From an uncultured Gammaproteobacteria bacterium (GTDB lineage: Bacteria; Pseudomonadota; Gammaproteobacteria; JABCZS01), in assembly GCA_963848305.1 (NCBI GenBank), contig CAWKDC010000001.1, positions 32,001 through 96,000 of the forward strand: a stretch of DNA of 64,000 bases, in the 5' to 3' direction. Within the stretch, counting starts at the first letter, position 1; each line of letters starts with the position of its first letter. The notes under the pieces were generated by a model. That model worked only from the letters and a program-made list of their open reading frames with translations, ran no database searches and was not told the origin of the DNA. The translations under genes were made by a program, and so were the position numbers. This document shows, piece by piece, positions 1-10,450 of this stretch.

Positions 1-1259
1 AGCCCGAGCAGCGGGAAGCCAGACTGGCTTTTATTATGCGCTGGCAGCAGTTCACCGGTCCGATCATGGCCAAAGGGCTGGAGGATTCTGCCCTTTACGT
101 TTACTACCCCCTGAGTTCGCTGAACGAGGTCGGCGGAGCTCCCGATTCCTCGGGAGTGCCGGCCGCCGAATTTCATGTATTCTGCCGCAACCGGCAGAAG
201 CACGGCCACACTCTGAATGCCACCTCCACCCACGACACCAAGCGCGCCGAAGATGTGCGCGCACGAATTAACGTGCTTTCCGAAGTTCCCGAAGAGTGGG
301 ATACGGCCCTCCAAAGCTGGACACGACGCAACATGGCCGAAGAAGATCCCGGTCGAACGGGCAAAAGGTCCCCGATCCTAACGAGGAAGTACCTCGTTTA
401 CCAGACCATGCTGGGGGCTTGGCCGCTGGACAAAGGGCGACATTTCCGCCTTCCGAAAACGGCTCCAGGATTACATGGTGAAAGCGGTGCGGGAGGCGAA
501 TGGTCCACACAGATTGGAGCCGCCCCAACGTCCGCCACGAGCAGGCGCTGATCCACTTCATTAAATCCATCACTCAGCCGTCGGAAGACAACAAGTTTTT
601 GCCCGACTTCCTTCGCCTGCAGCGGCAAGTTGCCTACTGCGGGGCGCTCAATTCCCTGGCCCAGCTTTTGCTCAAAATCACCGATTCCAGGGGTTCCGGA
701 TTTTTACCAAGGCTCTGAGCTTTGGGACTTCCGCCTGGTTGATCCTGATAACCGGGGTCCGGTGGACTTCGAAAAGCGGGTGCGCCTGCTGGCCGAGCTC
801 CAGCGAGCAGGAGGAACAACGCGGCCGTTTGGACCTCATCAGGGACCTCCTTGACCACTGGCAGGACGGGCGCATCAAACTCTTTGTGACCTCGACAGCC
901 CTCAACTTTCGCCGGGATCACGCCCAAGCTGTTCCTGAAGGGCGATTACCAGCCATTGCACGGCGACGGGGCCCAAAAAAGAGAAGGTCTTTGCGTTTAT
1001 GAGGCGTACCGAGGACGCCTGGGCGGTCACCGCCGTGCCAAGATTCGTCACGAAGCTGGCTTCCCGCCGGGCAGCCTCCCACGGGAGAAGGCGTATGGTC
1101 AGCCGGTACGGTGCTTCTACCTAAGGGGGCGCCGACGGATTGGGTCAATGTGCTGACCAGGCGAAAGCCTGAAGGTTCGCACTTCAAAGCAGGGAGCGCC
1201 CCTTGCCGCTGGCGGAGGTATTTGGTAAGTTTCCTGTGGCACTGCTTACAAGCGGGTAG
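1..1259 (+). CDS. treY: malto-oligosyltrehalose synthase, C-terminal part (truncated at window edge, several frameshifts)
   Basis: Motifs spread over consecutive frames: [71 protein letters not shown]; ends ...FPVALL near TAG 1257-1259; adjacent to treS. Confidence 0.9.
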
Positions 1260-1383
1260 TGCAGCGCGGCATTAGGCCGCAACGCTGAGTCGTGGCATGG
1301 CCATCCCGGCCATGGCGTTAACACGGGAAAGATGCCCGTGCCACGTCTGGTGCTCTTGCACCGCTGCGCTGCGTGGCCCAACT

Positions 1384-3050
1384 ATGACCAACCCCGAACC
1401 GAGCACCTACAAGCCTCCGGACGATCCGCTTTGGTACAAGGATGCGGTCTTCTATGAGGTCCATGTGCGCGCCTTTTGCGACAGCGATGGCGACGGGACG
1501 GGAGACTTCCGCGGGTTCGCGCAAAAGCTGGATTATCTGGAGGACTTAGGCGTCAACACCATTTGGCTTCTTCCCTTTTACCCCTCGCCGCTCAAGGACG
1601 ACGGGTACGATATCTCCGACTATACGAACGTTCACCCTTCCTATGGCACCCTGGACGACTTCCAATTGGTTTTGGACCAGGCGCATCGGCGGGGAATGAG
1701 AGTCCTCACTGAACTGGTCATGAATCACACCTCGGACCAGCATCCGTGGTTTCAGGAGGCAAGGCAATCCAAGAACAACCCGCGCCGCGATTGGTACGTG
1801 TGGAGCGACACTCCCGATCCCTACAGGAAGGCCCGTATCATCTTTATCGACACCGAACTCTCCAACTGGGCCTGGGACCCGGTTTCCAAGTCGTATTACT
1901 GGCACCGCTTCTTCAGCCACCAGCCGGATCTTGAATTATGACAATCCCGCCGTCCGGGAAGAGATGTGGAACCTCATGAAGTTCTGGCTGGATAAGGGCG
2001 TCGACGGATTCCGTTTGGACGCCGTTCCCTATCTGGTCGAGCGGGAAAACACCAACTGCGAAAACCTGCCCGAGACCCACCAGGTTCTTAAGGACCTTCG
2101 AAGCCGGCTGGCCCAGAATTACCCCAACCGGTTTCTGCTGGCCGAAGCCAACCAGTGGCCACAGGACGCGATTGCCTATTTCGGCACCGGCGACGAGTGC
2201 CACATGGCCTTTCACTTTCCCCTCATGCCGCGGATGTTCATGGCCATCCGGCTCGAAGACCGCAAGCCGATCATTGATATCATGCAGAGCACCCCGGCCA
2301 TTCCCGAGTCATGCCAGTGGGGCTTGTTTCTACGCAACCACGATGAGCTGACGCTGGAAATGGTGACCGACGACGAGCGGGATTATTTGTATGACGAATA
2401 CGCCAAGGACAAGAGCGCCCGGCTCAACCTCGGAATCCGGCGGCGCCTGGCGCCTTTGCTCGAAAACGACCGCCGACGCATCGAACTGATGAACGGCATG
2501 TTGATGTCGCTGCCGGGAACACCCATCATCTATTACGGAGATGAAATCGGGATGGGAGACAACATTTACCTGGGGGACCGCAACGGTGTCCGCACGCCCA
2601 TGCAATGGAATGCCGGCTGGAATGCCGGGTTTTCCGCTGCCGACCCGGAACAGCTCTATTTCCCGCTGCTGTCAAATCCGCTGTACGGCTATCAAAGCGA
2701 TCAACGTGGACGCCCAGAAAAGGTCCCCCCACTCTCTGCTGTCCTGGATGAAACAGATCATTCGCGTGCGGAAATCCACCCAGGCGTTCGGGCGGGGGAC
2801 GCTGGAATTTCTCGACTCGCCGAATCACCGGGTTCTGGCTTACGTCCGGGAAATGGGAAAGGATAAAATATTGGTCGTCAATAATCTATCGAATTCCGCG
2901 CAGGCGGCAGAACTCGATCTTCGCCGGTTCAAGGGGGCAATCCCCATCGAGATGTTCGGCGGCAATCCCTTTCCTCGGGTGGGCGATCCTCCCTATCTTT
3001 TGACCTTAGGGCCGTATCAATTTTTTTGGTTCCGGCTGCGAAGGTTTTAG
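1384..3050 (+). CDS. treS: trehalose synthase / maltose alpha-D-glucosyltransferase (GH13, no maltokinase fusion); frameshifts near 1935 and 2698
   Basis: [72 protein letters not shown], ends [15 protein letters not shown]. Confidence 0.95.
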
Positions 3051-3055
3051 GAATT

Positions 3056-3166
3056 TTCGATTGTCGATTGCCGATTGTCGACTGATGATTGCCATCAAGT
3101 CCGCGAAGCGGGCTGATCGCCATCGGCATTCGATAAATCGGCAATCGAAAATCGGCAATCGACAAT
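3056..3166. repeat. inverted arrays of 7-bp repeats (CGATTGY / RCAATCG) forming an intergenic hairpin
   Basis: ttcgattgtcgattgccgattgtcga (3056-3081) versus tcggcaatcgaaaatcggcaatcgacaat (3138-3166). Confidence 0.8.
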
Positions 3167-3169
3167 GAT

Positions 3170-4453
3170 ATGGCTGTGACTGACGAATCCCTTCTTACCG
3201 ACGATTTCCTGCGACAGATCACCGCCGCAGGGGAAGTGGACATCCTTGTCGGCGTCCCCACCTTGAATAATCACGACACCATCGCGCGTGTCATCAGCGC
3301 CATTCGCGTGGGTTTCGTCAAGTACTTCCCGAGGGAAAGGGCCGCTCTGGTCAATGTGGATGGAGGGTCCAAGGATGGAACACAGGAGATTGTAAGGAGC
3401 ACAGCCGCCCCCGATTTCCGGGCCTTTCTGGCCTCCAGTCCGCTCCGCACCATGCACACGCTGACCACGTCGTACGGCGCGATGCAGGGAAAAGGGGGCG
3501 CCCTGCATGTGATCCTGGCAACCGCCGAGTTGTTGCGCGCCAAGGTATGCGCCATCGTTTCTCCGGACCTGGAAAGCCTGACGCCGGAGTGGATCGAAGC
3601 CTTGACGCGGCCGATTTACCGGGAGGGATTCGACTTTCTTGCCCCGATTTACCAGCGCCACAGGTTCGATGGGTTGTTGATCAGTCACATCCTTTCTCCC
3701 CTCGTGGCCGCGGCCTACGGCTGCGAAATCGAGGAGCCCCTGGGCGGGGAATTGGCGTTCTCGGGCCGGCTGGCTTCCCATTATTTGAGCCAGGATGCGT
3801 GGCAGTTGGACCTGATGCGCTCCGCGCCCGAAATCTGGATGGTCACCACGGCTCTGGTGGGAGAGTACCGGCTGTGCCAGGCCTTTCTGGGCCCCAAGGT
3901 GCATGCGGCAAATCCGGCGAGTCCGGACCTTGCCGTTACCATCCAACAAGTTGTAGGAGCGCTCTTCAGTTGCCTCGAAGCCCACCAGTCCTACTGGATG
4001 ACTCACGAAGGAATCCGGAGCGTTCCCGCCTTTGGATTCCAGTATGACCTGGACCTTCCACCCATCCGCGTCAACCGCAAGCGGATGCTCAACACGTTTC
4101 TGAACGGAGTAGCGGAACTCGCCTCAATCCTTGAAGCGGCCCTTTCTCCTCAGACCTTGCAGCAGATTCAAGCGATCGCGAAACTCGACGGCGAAGGTTT
4201 CTCGTTTCCCGACGATCTCTGGGTCAAGACCGTCTATGAATTCGCCGGCGCCTTTCACCGCTCGGTGATCAATCGCGATCATTTGCTGCAAGCCTTGACA
4301 CCGCTGTACCTCGGCCGAATCAACTCCTTTCTTTCAGAAAATCACAGGTCGAGCGCCACGGTAGCCGGGCAAAGGATCAAGAAGCTTCGTAGCCAGTTCG
4401 ATAGCTTTGAAGCCCTATTTGGGGGAACACTGGAACGCCCAGAAGTGAGGTGA
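3170..4453 (+). CDS. GT-A glycosyltransferase, glucosylglycerate/mannosylglycerate synthase-like
   Basis: DILVGVPTLNNHDTI, VNVDGGSKDGT, GKGGAL, APIYQRHRFDGLL, EPLGGELAFSGRLA, LGPKVH; osmolyte gene context. Confidence 0.75.
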   Translation: MAVTDESLLTDDFLRQITAAGEVDILVGVPTLNNHDTIARVISAIRVGFVKYFPRERAALVNVDGGSKDGTQEIVRSTAAPDFRAFLASSPLRTMHTLTTSYGAMQGKGGALHVILATAELLRAKVCAIVSPDLESLTPEWIEALTRPIYREGFDFLAPIYQRHRFDGLLISHILSPLVAAAYGCEIEEPLGGELAFSGRLASHYLSQDAWQLDLMRSAPEIWMVTTALVGEYRLCQAFLGPKVHAANPASPDLAVTIQQVVGALFSCLEAHQSYWMTHEGIRSVPAFGFQYDLDLPPIRVNRKRMLNTFLNGVAELASILEAALSPQTLQQIQAIAKLDGEGFSFPDDLWVKTVYEFAGAFHRSVINRDHLLQALTPLYLGRINSFLSENHRSSATVAGQRIKKLRSQFDSFEALFGGTLERPEVR

Positions 4454-4456
4454 TCT

Positions 4457-5158
4457 ATGGGAGACTTCATTGCGATCAGCCTGATTCAGACCCTGCACAC
4501 TTTCTCGCAGATGGTCATGCAATTTCTGCCCCGGCTGCTGGCGATGCTCATCATCGTCGTCGTTGGTTGGGTGGTGGCTTGGCTGGCGAAGGCCATTTTG
4601 CCGCGCATCTTAAATCTGGTCAGATTCAACTCGTTGTTTGTTAAGGCCGGGGTCGCGCAAGTTCTTAACAAAGCGGCATTGCCCACTCCCAGCGAAATGC
4701 TTGCTCGCCTGATCTTTTGGGTCCTCTGGATAACCTTCATTCTTTTCGGGCTGGAGGCGCTGCAGATTCCGGCCTTGCAGGAGGAGATTTCGGGATTGTT
4801 CCGGATTCTTCCCCAGATCTTCGTGGCCTTGGTCATCCTTTTCGTCGGGGTCTTGATCGCGAATTTCGCCTCGCGCGCCACTCTGCTCGCCGCCGTTAAT
4901 GCCAACTCTCCCTCGCCCCGGCTCATCAGCACCGTGGTTCGTTTCGTCATCATCGCCCTGGCAGTGACCATGGCCCTCGAAAGGGTGGGACTCGGAAGAG
5001 GGGTCGTGCTGATCGCCTTTTCAACGTTCTTTGGCGCCATGATGTTCGGACTCGCGCTGGCTTTTGGCCTGGGAGGCCGAGACTTGGCCAAGCAAGTCCT
5101 GGAGCGCCGCTTTCTGGAGGAGAAGAAGGAAGAGGACCAGGGGATTTCCCACCTCTGA
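4457..5158 (+). CDS. CmpX-like / MscS-associated TM-helix repeat membrane protein
   Basis: FLPRLLAMLIIVVVGWVVA, LPQIFVALVIL, ALAFGLGGRDLA; multiple TM segments. Confidence 0.8.
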   Translation: MGDFIAISLIQTLHTFSQMVMQFLPRLLAMLIIVVVGWVVAWLAKAILPRILNLVRFNSLFVKAGVAQVLNKAALPTPSEMLARLIFWVLWITFILFGLEALQIPALQEEISGLFRILPQIFVALVILFVGVLIANFASRATLLAAVNANSPSPRLISTVVRFVIIALAVTMALERVGLGRGVVLIAFSTFFGAMMFGLALAFGLGGRDLAKQVLERRFLEEKKEEDQGISHL

Positions 5159-5209
5159 CCCTCGTCCCTTGCTACAGAACCAAGCGAAACTGGGGTGGGG
5201 GTGCCGTTT

Positions 5210-5287
5210 GACGTAGAGGCGGCTTTAGGCCGCCATTTGCCGTGGTTTTACGGTCGCGACATGGCGGCGTAAAGCCGCCTCTACGTC
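5210..5287. repeat. GTAG-type REP doublet (REPIN) between convergent genes
   Basis: gacgtagaggcggctttaggccgccat ... atggcggcgtaaagccgcctctacgtc; inverted arms, each GTAG + GC hairpin. Confidence 0.85.
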
Positions 5288-5302
5288 TTCACCATCACTG
5301 AA

Positions 5303-6709
5303 CTAACAGCGGACAATCTTGTCACGATGGTGCGTCACTCGGGCAGTGGCGTTCCGCGTGTCCACCACAAGCGGGCTCTCGGTGACGACCAAGTCATAAT
5401 CCACATTGCTGTGGTCGGTCACGATCAACGCGCAATCGTGCGTGCGAAGCGCTTCCGCGGTCAGCGGGATGGATTCGCAGACCGAAGTCGTATTTCCGCA
5501 TCTTCCCCAGGCGCGGAACAAAGGGGTCGTGGTAGTCAACGTGAGCTCCCTGCGCGCCGAGCAATTCAATGATCTTCAATGCGGGCGATTCCCGGACGTC
5601 ATCGATATCCTTCTTATACGCCGCTCCCAGCACCAGCACGCGCGAGCCGTGCAAGGTTTTTCCGCGCTCGCCCAGCGCCGCCGCCACATGATTCACGACG
5701 TGATGGGGCATGGCCGTATTGATTTCGCCCGCCAACTCAATAAAGCGCGTGGGAAATTCATACTCGCGCGCTTTCCAGGTCAGATAAAACGGATCGACGG
5801 GAATGCAATGCCCCCCAAGACCCGGCCCCGGATAAAAAGCATTGAACCCGAAAGGCTTGGTTTTCGCCGCGTCGATGACCTCCCAGATATCGATGCCCAT
5901 GCGCATGCACAGAAGCTTGAGCTCATTCACCAGGGCGATGTTCACGGAACGGTAGATGTTCTCCAGAAGCTTCGTCATCTCCGCGGTCCGGGATGAACTG
6001 ACCAGTGGGTGCGTTCGAAGATACTCTGATAGAGCGCCTGCGCGGCCAAAGCGCTGGAGGCGTTCACGCCCCCGACGATCTTGGGAACCTGGCGAGTTTG
6101 GAATTGCTTGTTTCCAGGATCCTCGCGCTCCGGGGAAAAGGCCAGGAAGAAGTCCGGTTCCGCCCCCTCGGACGCCGTCACGGTGACGCCGTCGGTGGTG
6201 TAGGGGGAAACGGGACATTTCAGCCCGCCTTCTCCAGAATGGGAAGCATGTCTTCGTCGGTGGTTCCCGGATAGGTCGTACTCTCCAGCACGATCAATTG
6301 GCCGGGCTGCAAATGCTCGCTCACCAGCTTTGGCGGTATTCAGGACAAAGGAAAGGTCGGGTTCGCGGTGTTTGTCGAGAGGGGTGGGAACGCAGATGAT
6401 GATGGCGTCCATTTCTTTGAGCCGGGTGAAATCGTCGGTGGCCTGAAAACGCTTCTTTTCGACTTCCTCGGCAATGCTGGCAGCAGAGATATGATGAATG
6501 TAGCTCTCTCCCCGCCGGAGCTTTTCAATCTTGCCGGGGTCGATGTCAAACCCCGTGGTCTGCGAACCCGGCGTGGCGCACAAAAGCCCAAGGGGCAGCC
6601 CCACATAACCCAATCCGATCACTCCCACGCGAGCCGTTCGATCCTGAAGCTTCGCAGACAGGCCAGACACTCGCGGTCCCGGAGTAAATGGCCCTTTTCC
6701 AGTTCCCAT
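5303..6709 (-). CDS. nucleotide sugar dehydrogenase (UDP-N-acetylhexosamine 6-dehydrogenase, WecC/WbpA family); frameshifted
   Basis: [86 protein letters not shown]. Confidence 0.9.
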
Positions 6710-6812
6710 GAATATTCCTCCCTCGTGCCTATATGATTATCGATCAGGCAGCCCAGCAGGCCGCCTGGCGGACAATGGCGCCCAAAGCCGGCCATACTGG
6801 AAATCGCTTTCT

Positions 6813-7596
6813 CTACCAATCACGCGCGAAGCCGGCCGTCCATCCGCCATCCACCACCAGCACGGTGGCGGTGACGTAGCTGGCGTCATCGGATGCCAGA
6901 AAAAGCGCGGCCTTGGCAATTTCTTCCGGCGTTCCCGGCCGGCCCAGCGCTACGTGAGACAACAAGCTGTCGCCAGTTTCTTCCCTTCCGGGCTGTAGAA
7001 CAGCGACTTCGTTCCTTCCACAAGGATCGAGCCGGGGGCGATAGCGTTCACGCGAATCCCATATTGCCCGACCTCCAGGGCGTGGGAGCGGGTAAAGTTT
7101 ATCACCCCGGCTTTGCCGCCGCGAAGGCCGATTGCACGCGAACTGGTACGACGCCAAACGCCGAACTGATGTTGATGATGGTTCCCTTGCGGCGTTTCAC
7201 CATGCGGGCCGAAACAGCCCGCGAACAATAGAAGAGCCCGTCCAGGTCCACGCGGATGATCCGGTGCCAATCGTCATCCAGGAACTCGTGAATAGGGTGG
7301 CGCTCTTTGCCCAGGTTGATTCCTGCATTGTTCACCAGGATATCGATTGGCCCGAGGTCCGCTTCCACGGCCGCGACCATCGCGTTCACCACATCCACGT
7401 CACCGACATCTCCCGGGTAGAATTTTGCCTTCCCGCCGCGCTTTTGAATCTCCGCAACGGTCTGCTCGCCGGTGGGTTTAATGTCATTCACGGCAATCAC
7501 CGCGCCGTTTTCCGAGAAAGCGTAGGCCATGGCCTGCCCAATACCCTGCCCGGAGCCGGTAATCAACGCGACGCGTCCCGCTAAGTCCACTTTCAT
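6813..7596 (-). CDS. SDR family oxidoreductase (FabG-like); frameshifted
   Basis: [38 protein letters not shown]. Confidence 0.9.
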
Positions 7597-7797
7597 AGAT
7601 CTTCCTCCGAGGATATTAACCGTTGGCCTCGTTTCTGGTAAAGGAGCGGCAAGCGAGAAATGCGCCGTTCCCATCAAGCTTACGGCCGGTAAAAGGAGGT
7701 TCACTCCCCGGCACGAAATCTACTCTGCCTTAAGCCGCAAAGTCAAGTACAGGCGAGTTCACCTCGCCATATGGCGGCGTAGAGCCGCCTCTACGTC

Positions 7798-8003
7798 CAA
7801 CACAGTTCACTTAGCTGTCATCAGGGATTAAACAAATCTAATTACGTGCGAAGCACCTTGGAGTGCGAGTGGCAGCAGCCACCGCCTTCCGCCCGAGATT
7901 CATACGGGACTCGCACGAATGAAAGGCGGTGGCTGCTGCCACTCGCACTCCAAGGTGCTTCGCACGAGCCCATGTCAAAATGCGCGCTAAGTGAACAGTG
8001 TTG
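7798..8003. mobile_element. 206-bp MITE copy 1 (18-bp TIRs, 10-bp target duplication, internal 44-bp-arm hairpin)
   Basis: TIRs caacacagttcacttagc / gctaagtgaacagtgttg (17/18 match); TSD cctctacgtc at 7788-7797 and 8004-8013; second copy at 29500-29705. Confidence 0.9.
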
Positions 8004-8117
8004 CCTCTACGTCAGAAGTTAAGCGTAGCTTCACTTCGATTGAGTTTTTGGGCGCTTCAGAGTAAGTTATGGCTGCCTTGGCGAATTGCAGCAGGGGGTC
8101 AGAACAGGGAGGCAGCA

Positions 8118-10283
8118 TGATCCAGCATCCTATTTGCGCAACCAGCACCGCGGACAATTGCATACGTCAAGTCTTGGGGAATTGGCGATGTGAACGCGCC
8201 TGCCTGAGCTTCTTTTCTCGCCTCGCACTAGTGGTCTTCCTGGGGGCCGCCATGATGCCATTTCCGGGCGGAGCGTTCGCGCAGGAAGGAGCTCCGGTGG
8301 CGCGGTGGTCATTCGACAATGCTACCGGCCCGGCGGTGCGCGACACGGCGAGCGGAACGGAGGACAAGGTTGGAGGTTTCTACCAATACGTTGCGGGGGT
8401 TTCTGGAAATGGCTTGCGGTTTGATGGATACACCACCAGTGTCGTCCGCAAGGCGGAAAATGCCCCCAGATTGCACGGTTCATTTTCGGTGGAAGCCTGG
8501 ATCGCCCTTGATACGTACCCATGGAACTGGATTCCCGTGGTTGACCAGGAGAAGGATCAGCAGGCAGGTTACTTTTTCGGCGTGGACGCGCTTGGGCACG
8601 TTGGTCTGCAGGTGGATATTGACGGGATTTGGTATTCCGTGACCTCGACCGACGCAAATTCCGCTGAAGAAGTGGGCTCAGATTACGGGGACCTTCGAGG
8701 AGAACCGTGGACTGACCCTATACCTTGACGGAAGAGAAGTGGGACGTCTAGCTGCGCGCGGTGCGATGCTGCCCGCCGATATGCAGGACTTGGTGATCGG
8801 CAGGGTGCGCGAACCGTTGCCTCCCTTCCCTTCTTTCGCCATTAACCCGTGGCATCCGGTCTGGTACTCGCTCGATGGCATTTTGGATGAGGTGGCGATT
8901 TATGACCGGAGTTTGAGCGGAGAAGAGGTTCAGAGGACCTACGCCTCTGCTCACGCCCCCGCCGGAGAAGTTATCCCGTGGCCGGTGCTTCCCTCCGGCC
9001 CTCCCGGAGCGGGTCCTTTCGGCGCCTACTATTACACCCTCAAGTACGAGGACACCTGGGACCGTCTGCGGCGCATCGGGCCTGATTCCGACGTGGTGGT
9101 CCGCTTCGACGACTCCCCGATTCGCCTGGTCTTCTGGCAGGGGACCGGCTACATCCCCACCTGGGTCACCGAGAACGGCACGTGGTATACGGACGAATTC
9201 CTTGAAGGGTACGCTTCCGAATGCCCGGACCACGGGGATTGCGAGCCCATGTCCGACAAGCAGGACAGGTATTCGCACGTCAACATTGTGGAGAGCAGCG
9301 ACGCGCGCGTGGTGGTTCACTGGCGTTATGCGCTGGCGGAGGTGGAACATTACCTGGGCGCCGAGCCCGATCCCTTGACGGGATGGTTTGATTGGGCCGA
9401 CGAATATTGGACGGTTTACCCGGACGGGGTGGCCATTCGCAAGCAGGTCTTGCATCCCACCGACCAGACCAAGGGGTTCGAATGGCAGGAAACCATTGTC
9501 ATCAACCCGCCCGGCCGCCGCCCGGACGATGATATCAATCTGGACGCCCTTACCATTGGCAATATGAAAGGAGAGACGGCCACTTACACCTGGCTGCCAA
9601 AGGCTTCAGGAGTGTACGGGGATCTGCACCAGCCTAAATCCATTGATAAACCTGAGAATCCAAATATCCAGTTGGTGAATCTGAAATCAGCCTGGAAGCC
9701 TTTTGAAATCGTTTCTCCCACCCATGCCAGATTCAAAGTCTTCAATGTTTCACAGTCCTATTTCTCGTTTGGTTGCTGGAACCATTGGCCGATCACGCAA
9801 ATTGCTTCCAGCGCCAGATATCTGCGTGGCGCCCGACCGGGCGTCGCACACCTCGCTTTCCCACATCTATTGGGACACCTATGCAACCACCGAAAGTTCG
9901 ATCACCAAGCTTCTGATGGATGGCTTGACCACGAAATCGGCCGCGGAACTGCTCCCGCTGGCGAAATCGTGGTTGTCGCCACCCCCGGTTGAACGTCGAA
10001 GGCGAGGTCTTTCAAAGCGAGGGCTACGACCCGGCGCAGCGGGCCTTTGTGGTGGTCCGGAAGAATGGCGGGAAAGCCGGCGGCATTGGCGTTGACTTTG
10101 CAGGCCAGCGATTCCTCACCGGTTTTGAATCCGGCCATCGTGATCAAGAACTGGGGAGATGGCGGCGGCGCAACTGAAGATCAACGGGAAACCGGTAAAC
10201 TGGGGGAAGGATTTCCGCCGCGGGTACGTTCAGGAATCTCGACGGCACTGACTTGGTCGTGTGGATCCGGCGGGAGTCAGTAA
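8118..10283 (+). CDS. secreted LamG-like jellyroll (concanavalin A-like) domain protein; several frameshifts
   Basis: Signal-like segment ending AFAQE; VARWSFD, GNGLRFDGY, FSVEAWI, LDGILDEVAIYDRSLS; ORFs 8069-8728, 8739-9992, 9703-10095, 9989-10177 and 10047-10283 read as pieces of one protein. Confidence 0.7.
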
Positions 10284-10450
10284 TGCCTGTCCAGATCGCG
10301 TTGACACCGGCGCGCTAAAAAGGCCGTGCCGCGACCGAACACCTCTCGTAGTGGCAAGCCTCGGGTCCCGAAGCGCTAAGAAAAGCGTGGTCTCGAAGAG
10401 ATTGCCAGCCTGCATCGCGGTCTTTCAGCACTGTACCTTTGGGGGAGTCA

